This document shows, piece after piece, positions 1 through 8,970 of a stretch of DNA of 61,401 nt. The notes below the pieces were generated by a model. It had not been told where the DNA came from. It searched no databases and worked only from the letters and a program-made list of their open reading frames with translations. The first letter of the stretch is position 1. The number at the start of each line of letters is the position of its first letter. The stretch is from a virus (lineage: Duplodnaviria > Caudoviricetes): positions 1 to 61,401 of the IMG/VR virus record IMGVR_UViG_3300049032_000024; one strand, written 5' to 3'. The position numbers and the translations under genes were made by a program.

Positions 1-16
1 CCGTTGTTGGGGATAA
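1..16 (+). CDS. 3' end of the SGNH spike gene starting at 59282 (if the window is circular)
   Basis: Frame leaving 61401 (AT) joins C-CGT-TGT-TGG-GGA-TAA, giving ...GKPLTIRCWG-stop. Confidence 0.6.
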
Positions 17-357
17 GAACGCGCTCTAGGAGTTGACGGTGTCTGCCTGTAGGTCTTTGATCCTGCGGGCAGGCACCCCACCGTAGACCCCGTGGTCCTC
101 GCAGTCGGCTGTTACCACGGCGCCGGTCCCCTACGGTCACGCGACGGCTGCCGAACCACACGTCCGGGCTGATCCGCGCCTTGCCGACATTGAGCCCGTA
201 GGCCCGTAGAGCGCGGTGGCGGAGCGGACGCGGGAAAGCAGGTGACGCGATAACGCTGTTCAGCATCAGGTCACGGCCAAGCCCAGGCCAAAGTTTCGAG
301 AGTGTCCCCATGGCCCCAATCATAGGGCTACGAAAGACCGGTTAAGTGCCCCTTGAC

Positions 358-390
358 AGAAGCCCCTGTGCTACGGTACAGGGGCTTCTT
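358..390 (+). terminator. Hairpin, probable intrinsic terminator
   Basis: AGAAGCCCCTGT...ACAGGGGCTTCTT inverted repeat. Confidence 0.55.
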
Positions 391-444
391 GCTGTCCTGC
401 TAAACTTATTGCTAGTTGACAAATCATCGAGCAAGGGGTATAAG

Positions 445-2088
445 GTGGCTCTTCCAGCCGGAATTACAACCGCAACAGTAACGGCAGGTGTGGCACAGAC
501 ATTTTCAGGTGCCTTTACCCGGCAACATATAACCATCACTCCTAGTGCCTCACTAATTCATACTGCCACTGGAATTCCTCTGGTGAATTTCATGGAAGAA
601 ATTGCTTCCACTGAAGGTGTGGCAGGGCAATTTGTATTGCCTCACACGGACCAAGACGGTTTTCAGGATGAGGCTGGAAATGCCTATAAGAATTGGTACT
701 ACACCGCAACAATTCAGTACCAGACTGACCGCGCAACTCTCCCGGCTAAAACAAAGACTTTCCAGCTCACATCTGGACAGACTGTTGTAGACCTTGACCT
801 TTTGCCTACAGGTGTTCCTGCAATGCCCTACACGGCACCTGTTGCAGGAGTGACTTCTGTGAATGGGCAGACGGGTTCTGTGCTGGTGGAGGGTGCTACT
901 GATGCTGCTGTAGCTGAACAGGTTACCTCTGGCCCTGAAACAGTTGCGGCACTTTCTGCCACGATTGGCACCGCCGTGGCTCCCAAGCTGGACCGCAGTA
1001 AGCTTGGATGGGAGGCCATTCAGACGCAGAATTACAAGGCCCTTCAGCCTTGGTTCGCCGCTCTCGGAAACCGGGACACGACCCCGGCGAAAGTCATTTG
1101 GCTGGGCGATAGCGTTACCGAGGGGCTGGGAGCCAGCGCCCGCCCCGGCACCAAGCGATACATCGACAAGGTACTGTCCCGGCTCCGCACCAAGTATCCA
1201 ACAACGGGCATCGGGGCAGGCGGCGGGCTGGGCTACTACCCCACGCAGTACGCGGGCGGCACGGCGCTCTCTGCTGTCACCTACGGCGGCACCACCACAG
1301 CCGACCTCACCGCATCCGGGCTGGGACTCCGCTCCCGCATTCTGGATTCCACGGACGACTACGTGCAGTGGACCGTGACAGGAACGTCCGTGGATCTGCT
1401 GTACCAGAAGAAATCCGCTACCGCCGTGCTGGGCTGGTCCGTGGACGGCGGCGCTGTCACAAACCTGGAGACGATGGGTTCCGGCGGTGCCGATACCGGT
1501 TCACTTCGCATCACGCTGGGCGCGTCCGGATCGCACACTGTCCGGGTAGCCTACGTGTCCGGGGCCCCCGTGCAGCCCGAAGGCGTCTACGTCTTCGACG
1601 GCGACGAAACCAAGGGCATTCACATCTATGAGGCCGGACATCACTCTTACGAGGCGTCCCACTTCATCCCCGCCGGCAATGACAGCCCGATCATCCGGAT
1701 GGCATCGATCAATGCCAACCTGCTGGTGATCGCGCTGGGGGAAAACGAGTTCCTGCACAACAAAACGTCGGCCTCGCTGCGGGCCAACCTTGTCTCCATC
1801 GTCACCAAGCTGAAGTCCTACACCAACCCGGACCCGGCCATCATGTTTGTGATCAACATGGAAGCAAAGTACGCCACGCCCCTGGAGCCGTGGGCCAACT
1901 ACGTCACCGCCATCTACGGGGCCGCATCGGACACCGCCGCCGCCGTGGTGGACATGTCCCTGCGCATGCCCACCATCGGCAGCGCGGAAGCACTCGCGCT
2001 AGGTCTCTACGGGGACGACTACCACCTAAACGACAAGGGCAACGCCATGTTTACCGAACCGCTGGTGGAAGCACTCAGCCCGCGCTGA
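445..2088 (+). CDS. Virion spike/receptor-binding protein with SGNH/GDSL esterase domain
   Basis: GTG at 445 (MALPAG..., same N-terminus as the 59282 gene); VTSVNGQTG fibre motif; WLGDSVTEG, LGENE and DDYHLN SGNH blocks. Confidence 0.8.
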   Translation: MALPAGITTATVTAGVAQTFSGAFTRQHITITPSASLIHTATGIPLVNFMEEIASTEGVAGQFVLPHTDQDGFQDEAGNAYKNWYYTATIQYQTDRATLPAKTKTFQLTSGQTVVDLDLLPTGVPAMPYTAPVAGVTSVNGQTGSVLVEGATDAAVAEQVTSGPETVAALSATIGTAVAPKLDRSKLGWEAIQTQNYKALQPWFAALGNRDTTPAKVIWLGDSVTEGLGASARPGTKRYIDKVLSRLRTKYPTTGIGAGGGLGYYPTQYAGGTALSAVTYGGTTTADLTASGLGLRSRILDSTDDYVQWTVTGTSVDLLYQKKSATAVLGWSVDGGAVTNLETMGSGGADTGSLRITLGASGSHTVRVAYVSGAPVQPEGVYVFDGDETKGIHIYEAGHHSYEASHFIPAGNDSPIIRMASINANLLVIALGENEFLHNKTSASLRANLVSIVTKLKSYTNPDPAIMFVINMEAKYATPLEPWANYVTAIYGAASDTAAAVVDMSLRMPTIGSAEALALGLYGDDYHLNDKGNAMFTEPLVEALSPR

Positions 2089-2121
2089 CCGGGCCAACAA
2101 TACCGGTTAAGTGCCCTAACT

Positions 2122-2160
2122 GAAATACCCTCTCCATACCCGGAGGGGGTATTTCTTTTG
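2122..2160 (+). terminator. Intrinsic terminator
   Basis: GAAATACCCTCTCC/GGAGGGGGTATTTC stem followed by TTTT. Confidence 0.7.
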
Positions 2161-2231
2161 TCTCTAGCACACAAACGGGGTGCTGTCAAGCCTCATGCTA
2201 ATATTGGTAAAGAGATTAGGAGCGTGACAAC

Positions 2232-3170
2232 TTGACTGTTGCAAAGCTTTTGGAAGAGAAAAGTCTTGTAGGTGATCTAACCGGCAAGACTTGGAAAATC
2301 AAGATCATTGAGGGTGACCGTCAGGGCTCTTCGGCCTACTACCCTAAAGAGGTTCTTGAAGAAGGCGCACACCTTTTCAAGGAAAAGACTCGCATTTTCC
2401 TGAACCATCCCAGTGCAAACGAAAAATGGGATCAGCCGGAACGCAAGGTGCAGGATATCATCGGCTGGCTTTCCAGCGATGCTGTCTATGAGAACGGTGA
2501 CCTTTACGCCAACGCAACATTCAAGGAGTCCGCTCGTGCGGATATCAAGGAATTGGCTGAGGCTGGCGTAATCGCAATGTCCATTCGTGCTCAAGGTGAA
2601 ATGACCGAAGGCAAGAATGGGATGGAGCTGGCTAAGTTCACTGCCGTTCATTCTGTGGACGTGGTAACCGTAGGCGGTGCCGGTGGTGAATTCGACAAGC
2701 TGGTTGAAGCAGGAAAACTAGACCCTTCCACCGAACTGGAAGAACAGAAAGAGGAACAGAAATTGGAACTGCCCAAGGAATTTCTTGACGCACTGGACAA
2801 CCTGACCAAGGGTGTCAACACTCTGAATGAGTCGCTGGCTGAAGAGAAGCAGGCTCGTGCAGACAAGGCACTGGCTGAGGCCAAGGCTCTCGAGGAAGCT
2901 GGCAAGCCTGAAGAGAAGCAGGGTCCGTCCGCTTCTGAGATTGCTGAAGCTCTGGTTGAGGCCAAGCTGTCCACCAAGGCGCGCGCTCGTGTCCTTGAGG
3001 CTGTCGAAGCTGGCAAGCCGCTGGATGAGGCAATCAAGGCTGAGAAGGAAATCGCTGAAGAGATTCTGGCTGAGGCTGGAGCTTCTGGCGGTGCAGGTCA
3101 CATCGAAGATGAGGGTAACCTCACTGAGTCTGCCCGTCTCGAGAATGCATTCTCCGGTATTTACGGCTAA
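2232..3170 (+). CDS. Capsid maturation protease fused to scaffolding domain
   Basis: FLNHP, MSIRA and SVDVVTVGGAGG protease motifs; acidic coiled-coil C-terminus; upstream of capsid genes. Confidence 0.8.
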   Translation: MTVAKLLEEKSLVGDLTGKTWKIKIIEGDRQGSSAYYPKEVLEEGAHLFKEKTRIFLNHPSANEKWDQPERKVQDIIGWLSSDAVYENGDLYANATFKESARADIKELAEAGVIAMSIRAQGEMTEGKNGMELAKFTAVHSVDVVTVGGAGGEFDKLVEAGKLDPSTELEEQKEEQKLELPKEFLDALDNLTKGVNTLNESLAEEKQARADKALAEAKALEEAGKPEEKQGPSASEIAEALVEAKLSTKARARVLEAVEAGKPLDEAIKAEKEIAEEILAEAGASGGAGHIEDEGNLTESARLENAFSGIYG

Positions 3171-3289
3171 CTAGGCGGTGATCCTGTCTCCCTAAGCACA
3201 AGGGGCAAAGCTGAGAAGCATCGCAATGTGCTACTGGGGCAGGTAGAGATAGGTCTACCTGCCCCTCTCAAACTTTTTACCGTGAGCCC

Positions 3290-3313
3290 TTGACAATTCT
3301 CATGGTACTATGT
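3290..3313 (+). promoter_or_regulatory. SigA-like promoter for capsid genes
   Basis: TTGACA followed by extended -10 TGG-TACTAT; spacing is short, so the -35 assignment is uncertain. Confidence 0.45.
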
Positions 3314-3336
3314 TATAGAAACGAAAGGAGCCTACA

Positions 3337-3747
3337 GTGGCTTTGAATGAGATTTTCAAGGAAGGTAATCACCTTTCCGCTCCGGTACCGAATGGTGTAC
3401 TCTCCGGTACCCCTCTGCGTATCGGCATCCTGAACGCGGTTGCCGAGACGGACGAAGGCGGCGCGGTTGATAGCCGTAACCGTATCAACGGTGTTGACCA
3501 GCCTACGGGCGGTATCGGCAACGCTGACAACTTCGCCTCTGTCTCCCACGTAGGCGTCTGGCGTCTTCAGGTTGCTGGCGCACTGGCAGGTTACGGTACT
3601 CCGGTCTACATCACTCCGGGCGGAACGCTGACTGCTACCGCAACCGGCAACTTCCTCTTCGGTGCGGCTATCCGCGCTAAGGGCACAGGCACTGGCGATG
3701 CAATCGTGAAGATTCTGCAGCCGGGTCAAGTAACTGCTAGCGCGTAA
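3337..3747 (+). CDS. Capsid decoration/cement protein (DUF2190-like)
   Basis: Small Gly-rich protein directly upstream of the major capsid gene; strong RBS GAAAGGAG. Confidence 0.7.
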   Translation: MALNEIFKEGNHLSAPVPNGVLSGTPLRIGILNAVAETDEGGAVDSRNRINGVDQPTGGIGNADNFASVSHVGVWRLQVAGALAGYGTPVYITPGGTLTATATGNFLFGAAIRAKGTGTGDAIVKILQPGQVTASA

Positions 3748-3760
3748 GGACTAACGCACA

Positions 3761-4930
3761 ATGGATAATCTCAAAGTAATTGAAGAGGCCGCTAAGGTCT
3801 TTGGCGATGCCATCAAGGGTGACTTCCGCGCTCGTGGCCGTATCAAGCAGATTGTCTCTGAGGGCTATGTCCTCAACGAAGCAATCTCCACTTCGGACCT
3901 TGCTCGCACGTTCGCTTACGCGAACTCGTCTGAGCTGCTGAAGCAGTACGCTGGACTACCCACGACTTGGACCCAGTTCGCCAAGCGCGATGTGTTCGAG
4001 GACTTCAAGCCGAAGCGCAAGAAGGAATTCCTCTTCAACGGCGCTGTGGACCTCGAGGACAACGGCGGCTACGGCACTGCGGTTCACTCGCTGCCGAACG
4101 TCCCTGAACTCACCGAGTACCCAACGTTCCGTTGGTCCACTTCGGAGAAGGGTCTGTCCCTCCGTAAGAACGGTGCTCGCATCCCATTCTCGTGGGAAGA
4201 CGTTATCAACGATGAGTGGGGCTTCATCGCCTCGCTGCCGGGTGAAATGGCTCGCCTCGCCAAGACCACGGAAGAGACTGCAGCCCTTGAGGTTCTGGTC
4301 ACTGCTGGCGGTGTCAACGAAACCACGTTCTCTGCTGACAACGGCAACGCGATGGGCACCACCGGCACTGCCGGTACTCGCTACAAGCTGAGCCTGAACG
4401 CGCTCGAGTTCGCCAAGCGTGAAGTCCGCGCCCGTCAGGTCAACGGCAACTACGTCACGGTGCAGAAGTTCGCACTGATCGTTCCTACCAACCTGCAGAC
4501 CACTGCAGAGCGGATTCTGAACATTGGTCAGATTGAAGTCACCGAAGGTGACCTCAAGTTCCAGACCAGCACCAGCAACTCTGATGTGGTTCTCGTGGTC
4601 AATGACTACCTGACTCAGATCAACAAGTCTGCAAACGCTGCTACCACTTGGTTCCTCGTACCGCTCGGCGGTAACGATGGTGTCCGCGATTCCATCGTGG
4701 TCAACTTCCTGCGGAACCACGAAGCCCCTGAGTTCCGTCAGTCCGGCAACACCGGCCTGTACCTCGGCGGTGGCGCTGTTCCTTCTCTGGAAGGTTCGCT
4801 GCTCAACGATGACATTGAGTACCGCGTGCGCCACGTTGTGGCTGGTGGGTTCTGGTTCGGTGCGGCTATGTACGCATCGACTGGTGAATCCAACGCTGCT
4901 GCTCCAGACTACATGTCTGTCCCAGTCTAA
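3761..4930 (+). CDS. Major capsid protein (HK97 fold, Mu gpT-like)
   Basis: 389 aa; FSWEDVINDE and DDIEYRVRHV motifs; high-expression codon bias; synteny. Confidence 0.9.
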   Translation: MDNLKVIEEAAKVFGDAIKGDFRARGRIKQIVSEGYVLNEAISTSDLARTFAYANSSELLKQYAGLPTTWTQFAKRDVFEDFKPKRKKEFLFNGAVDLEDNGGYGTAVHSLPNVPELTEYPTFRWSTSEKGLSLRKNGARIPFSWEDVINDEWGFIASLPGEMARLAKTTEETAALEVLVTAGGVNETTFSADNGNAMGTTGTAGTRYKLSLNALEFAKREVRARQVNGNYVTVQKFALIVPTNLQTTAERILNIGQIEVTEGDLKFQTSTSNSDVVLVVNDYLTQINKSANAATTWFLVPLGGNDGVRDSIVVNFLRNHEAPEFRQSGNTGLYLGGGAVPSLEGSLLNDDIEYRVRHVVAGGFWFGAAMYASTGESNAAAPDYMSVPV

Positions 4931-4941
4931 GCGACTGACTG

Positions 4942-4972
4942 AGAGCCCCGCAACTTCGGTTGCGGGGTTTTC
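4942..4972 (+). terminator. Intrinsic terminator after capsid gene
   Basis: GCCCCGCAAC-TTCG-GTTGCGGGGT plus T-run. Confidence 0.85.
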
Positions 4973-4992
4973 TTGTATGGTATAGTAGGTAC

Positions 4993-5090
4993 TGCGGTTC
5001 TGAGCTTCTGGAGAGTTTCTTCCTTTCACTCCAGCAGTGCTCCCGCTTAGCGGCCTCACCTGACTCTCCACAGGTGGGGCCGCTTTTCTT
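4993..5090 (+). ncRNA. Candidate two-hairpin sRNA with CU-rich (anti-SD) loops
   Basis: TGG-TATAGT -10 at 4978-4986; two stems with loops TTTCTTCCTTTCA and ACTCTCCA; ends in a terminator T-run. Confidence 0.55.
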
Positions 5091-5191
5091 TACAAGCTTT
5101 AGGTCACTTTATCTGATCCTAGTAAAGCTGGTTATAACCATTGCCGGAAAATCCTGACTTTGGTTATTTGACAAATGGTACGATTGATGGT

Positions 5192-5593
5192 ATGGCAAAC
5201 ATCTTCCCTCCCAACTATGAGACGCCGCTTGGTCAGTTGCGCGCGCTCGTGTCCCAGACTGAGCAGTACAAGGACCCCGCCAATCCAGCGGCACCGGCTG
5301 ACTACCTCATGGATGATGGCCAGCTCAACTCTTTCCTCGCGCTCAATGCGAACAAGCTGTACGGCGCTGCTGCCGATGTGCTTCTGGCTCTCGCTGCAAA
5401 TGAAGCTCTTGTCTCCAAGAAAATCCGTACCGAAGACCTGAGCACAGATGGCTCGGTTATCGCCAACTCGCTCCGTCAGGTTGCAGCAGAGTTCCGTGAC
5501 CGCCAGAAGGAAGCGGACTTGGATGACGCTGCACTGGAAGCCTTTGAGCTGGTGGAGTTCACCGAGTACCCAACGAAGTGGCAGCTCCGATGA
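5192..5593 (+). CDS. Head-to-tail adaptor
   Basis: TPLGQLRALV, LYGAAADVL and KKIRTEDLSTDG motifs; synteny; probably leaderless (TACGAT 7 nt upstream). Confidence 0.75.
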   Translation: MANIFPPNYETPLGQLRALVSQTEQYKDPANPAAPADYLMDDGQLNSFLALNANKLYGAAADVLLALAANEALVSKKIRTEDLSTDGSVIANSLRQVAAEFRDRQKEADLDDAALEAFELVEFTEYPTKWQLR

Positions 5594-6024
5594 GGGGTGC
5601 ATTCCATCCCGCGTTTGCCTACCACCACCGGAACACGGTGAACTCGACACACTTGGGGCGTGTGCTGATTGAGCGGGTACTGACTCGTGGTGAGTACAAC
5701 CCGGACACGAACACTGTGGAAGGTGCTACCACTCAGGCTGTCTATCAGGGCAGGGCGCGCATCCAGAAGGTTGCGTTCCCCACCAACCGGGACTTTGTTG
5801 AGGATGCTGCCAAGTTCCAGCGCATGAGGATTGCCATTGGATTCACTGAGAACGAACTGATCCCACTGGCGTTTGAGCTGCAGATCAATGACCGGATCAC
5901 AGTTCTCCACAATGACTCTGACCCTTCCAAGGTGGGGGATATCTACTACGTACACGGTGACGAATCCAGCACAAACGCTTGGGAGCGCGTCATCACTGCA
6001 CAGAACAACATGAAGCAGGGGTAA
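5590..6024 (+). CDS. Head-to-tail stopper (DUF6093-like)
   Basis: VYQGRARIQ motif; overlaps the upstream stop codon; synteny. Confidence 0.7.
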   Translation: MRGAFHPAFAYHHRNTVNSTHLGRVLIERVLTRGEYNPDTNTVEGATTQAVYQGRARIQKVAFPTNRDFVEDAAKFQRMRIAIGFTENELIPLAFELQINDRITVLHNDSDPSKVGDIYYVHGDESSTNAWERVITAQNNMKQG

Positions 6025-6449
6025 TGGCTAGGGCAGGTATTGAGGGGCGGGTGAACTTGCGCCGTGGGCTCTTGGGCTTCAACAAGCAGGTGAAGCAGGA
6101 GACTCGCAAGGACGCAACTGAGGCAGCACTGATCGCTGGCATTATCGGTAAGAACACCGGCCAGAACACCATTGCCACGACGCCCTCTGACCTGTCCATT
6201 GAGCCGAAGAACAACCGTATCTGGACTGGCCAGATGTACGAAGACTTTGATGTTGACGTGCGCCAGCGCGGTACGAGTATCGAAATCAAGCTGGGCTGGC
6301 TGAAGCGCAAGCGGAAATACTACACCATTCAGGAAGACGGTGGAGTTGTCCAGACTCGACGCGGACCGATTACGGTCAGCGGAATGCACGCCATTACCAA
6401 TGCAGTCATGGCAGCACAAAAGCACTTGGACGATAAGGGAATCCGCTAA
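6024..6449 (+). CDS. Neck/tail-completion protein (HK97 gp10-like)
   Basis: RIWTGQM and YYTIQEDG motifs; synteny. Confidence 0.6.
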   Translation: MARAGIEGRVNLRRGLLGFNKQVKQETRKDATEAALIAGIIGKNTGQNTIATTPSDLSIEPKNNRIWTGQMYEDFDVDVRQRGTSIEIKLGWLKRKRKYYTIQEDGGVVQTRRGPITVSGMHAITNAVMAAQKHLDDKGIR

Positions 6450-6889
6450 TGGGACTTTATGAAAGCCAGCAGGAAATCGTTACCCTGCTAAAGACAGACC
6501 CCAACATTCCGGTTTACGAAGATGAATTGCCTGACGAAATCCCGGTAACTCTGATTCCGGGTACGGATATGATTCAGCCTTTTGTCACCGTGTCATTCGG
6601 TGGATTGGTGGAAGCGCCACGGCGGATCAATGGAATTGCAGGGGCTAAGCACGACACTGCGGAAACCACGATTGTTCTGCAGGCAGTTGCGAGTCAGCCA
6701 GCTACCGCGCGTCTTGTGCTTCAGCGTGCGACAAACAAACTGCTGGGCTTCAAGCCTACAGGGTGCGGGGAGATACGGCCTGCACTATTCGGCGGTACAG
6801 GCAAGCTTTCCCACTTGGGAAATCCTACCCGTTTTGCCTCAAACCAGTCCTTGCGTTTCTACCAAAATGGTGAACCAGTAGGGGCTTGA
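6449..6889 (+). CDS. Tail terminator
   Basis: Position before tail tube genes; PFVTVSFG and LLGFKP motifs. Confidence 0.65.
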   Translation: MGLYESQQEIVTLLKTDPNIPVYEDELPDEIPVTLIPGTDMIQPFVTVSFGGLVEAPRRINGIAGAKHDTAETTIVLQAVASQPATARLVLQRATNKLLGFKPTGCGEIRPALFGGTGKLSHLGNPTRFASNQSLRFYQNGEPVGA

Positions 6890-6932
6890 CAAACACCTGC
6901 TATTATTGTAAGAGAAGAAAAGGAGTTGACAA

Positions 6933-7202
6933 GTGGCTGAAAGAGTGCTAGCAGTTCACAAGGTTACAGGGATTCTGAGTTGGGTACTCCCCACCGAGAT
7001 TGAAAACCACGAAGCCCTTGAGCCTGCAACCAAAAAGCAGATAGCAGATGCCCAGACCGCTCGAGAAATCGAAGTCTATGGCGAACCAATCAAGAACGGC
7101 GTGATCCCATTCGGACCTGTTGGCCCATCGCTTGACGGTGAGGAAGACAAGGCTGAAGACGTGAAGCCTGCAACCGCTAAGGACGGTGCCGACAATGGCT
7201 AA
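6933..7202 (+). CDS. Hypothetical protein
   Basis: ORF with RBS AAAGGAG. Confidence 0.6.
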   Translation: MAERVLAVHKVTGILSWVLPTEIENHEALEPATKKQIADAQTAREIEVYGEPIKNGVIPFGPVGPSLDGEEDKAEDVKPATAKDGADNG

Positions 7203-7695
7203 AATGATGAGCCCGAACACTACCATTTGGTGGGTCCCTGAGTCCGCCAACTGGAATCCGCTGTCGCCGTCCGCTGCCCTGCTGACCGCTGCACGGAATA
7301 TCTCTTGTGCTGTGGTGTCCGGCTACACCCTGAACGCAACTGAGTCTGACGTTGACGACTCCACCAGCATTTGCGATTCCGCGAACGTTGAGCTGCCTAC
7401 GTACTACAACTACGAAGCCAACATCACGTTCTTCCGTGAAGGCAACCTTGCTGACACCACGTCTGACTACTACAAGGCGTTCCAGTTCTTCAAGGCTGGC
7501 CGTCAGACTGGCTGGCTTGTTCGCCGGATGGGTTACCTCTCCAGCGTTGCCGCTGCTGCCACTCAGGTTGTCTCTTCCTACAAGGTAATCTCCGATTACC
7601 CACAGGACGTGGTTGAGGATGGCGGACCAATCGAATTCACCGTTCCATTCCTGCCGCAGGGCAACATGGAACTCAACCGCGCACTTGTTGCGTAA
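7195..7695 (+). CDS. Major tail protein, paralog 1
   Basis: NISCAVVSGYTL and YNYEANITFFRE motifs; synteny. Confidence 0.8.
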   Translation: MAKMMSPNTTIWWVPESANWNPLSPSAALLTAARNISCAVVSGYTLNATESDVDDSTSICDSANVELPTYYNYEANITFFREGNLADTTSDYYKAFQFFKAGRQTGWLVRRMGYLSSVAAAATQVVSSYKVISDYPQDVVEDGGPIEFTVPFLPQGNMELNRALVA

Positions 7696-7708
7696 GGAGT
7701 GATACCTA

Positions 7709-8209
7709 GTGCCTAAAATGATGAGCCCCAACACTACGATTTGGTGGGTACCTCTGGCAGGTATCACCAACCCTGCTGCACCGACTGTTGCTCAGCTTAC
7801 CGCTGGTACCAACATTTCCGCTGCTGTTGTCACCGGCTACACGCTTGGTGCAACTGACTCGGATACTGATGACAGCAAGACCATCACCGATGAAGGTAAC
7901 GTACAGACTCCTACGTGGGGTAACTACGAGGGTAACCTGTCCTTCTTCCGTGACGCAACGGCTGATACCCCAACCATCTTCACCACGGCAACGAACCTGT
8001 TCAAGTCCGGGCGTGTAGAAGGCTGGCTTGTTTCCCGTCACGGTTACAAGCACACCGTTGCGCCTGCTGCCGGTCACATCGTGTCCGTCTTCCGGTTCTT
8101 CTCTGACCTGCCACAGGACATTGAAGGTGAAGGCGGCGCTCCAGTTCAGATGACTGTTCCATTCCGTCCACAGGGCGTCATGGCAATCAACGTTCCGGTA
8201 GCTGCATAG
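7709..8209 (+). CDS. Major tail protein, paralog 2
   Basis: Clear paralog of the previous gene (KMMSPNTTIWWVP, NYEGNLSFFRD). Confidence 0.8.
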   Translation: MPKMMSPNTTIWWVPLAGITNPAAPTVAQLTAGTNISAAVVTGYTLGATDSDTDDSKTITDEGNVQTPTWGNYEGNLSFFRDATADTPTIFTTATNLFKSGRVEGWLVSRHGYKHTVAPAAGHIVSVFRFFSDLPQDIEGEGGAPVQMTVPFRPQGVMAINVPVAA

Positions 8210-8220
8210 CTTCTCCTGAT

Positions 8221-8253
8221 AAAGCCCCTCGGTCTTGTGCTGAGGGGCTTTTT
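8221..8253 (+). terminator. Intrinsic terminator
   Basis: AAAGCCCCTC...GAGGGGCTTTT. Confidence 0.75.
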
Positions 8254-8307
8254 CGTCTCTATGATAGGCTTGTTCACGGACATAGCACATTACAACAGGA
8301 GAGTCAA

Positions 8308-8970
8308 TTGTCTGAAGCAGTAGAAGCAAAGGTTGAAGAACTCAAGTCGGAAGAGAGCTTTGACCTCTCAGCCGCGCTCAAGGGTGTTTCCTACCCCACC
8401 GATGACGTGTCGATCTTCCTTGACGGTGAAGCAGCACACGAGTACAACATGGCCCTGCACGAGATTGCAGAGCTGGGGCACGAGTCTGCCAAGCTCGCCG
8501 CTGCTGAGAACGGCGGCATCACCGATTCCCCGGAGAAGGAAGAGGTTGACGCCCAGATCGCTGAGCTGGAAGCACGCTCTGCGGAACTACTGAAGCAGCT
8601 CGCGGCCTCTCGGCTGACCTTCACCATTCGTGGTGCTGCTCCCAAGCAGTGGAAGCTTATCATCAAGCAGTGGAAGCGCAAGGGTGCCAAGCTCGAGGAT
8701 GACACCGTTGAGAACGAAGAAGAGCGCGCCGAATGGATCAGCCACAAGGTTGACTGTGACCTGCTGTCCAAGTGCATCGTGAAGACCACGAACGCCAAGG
8801 GTCAGGTCAACAAGGAAGCTGTCTCGCTCGAGTTCATCGAAGAGCTGCGTGCTTCCATCCTTGAGAGCGAGTGGTACAAGCTGCAGGAAGCGATGAACAC
8901 TCTGACGTTTGCCAACGGAGTCTTCCAGCAGGCCATCGCTTCGGACGCTGATTTTTTGTCGAAGCCCTAA
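8308..8970 (+). CDS. Tail assembly chaperone (G)
   Basis: Acidic ORF between tail tube and tape measure genes; slippery site near its end. Confidence 0.8.
   Translation: MSEAVEAKVEELKSEESFDLSAALKGVSYPTDDVSIFLDGEAAHEYNMALHEIAELGHESAKLAAAENGGITDSPEKEEVDAQIAELEARSAELLKQLAASRLTFTIRGAAPKQWKLIIKQWKRKGAKLEDDTVENEEERAEWISHKVDCDLLSKCIVKTTNAKGQVNKEAVSLEFIEELRASILESEWYKLQEAMNTLTFANGVFQQAIASDADFLSKP
8952..8958 (+). other. -1 programmed frameshift site T TTT TTG
   Basis: The -1 frame is open from here into ORF 9042..9398. Confidence 0.75.

Noticed and set aside
1-351. Shufflon-style alternative C-terminus on the minus strand from the ACCGGTTAAGTGCCC sites
   Set aside because: Reading inward in the equivalent frame hits stop codons after about 9 codons (337 site) and about 31 codons (2102 site), and no invertase is present.
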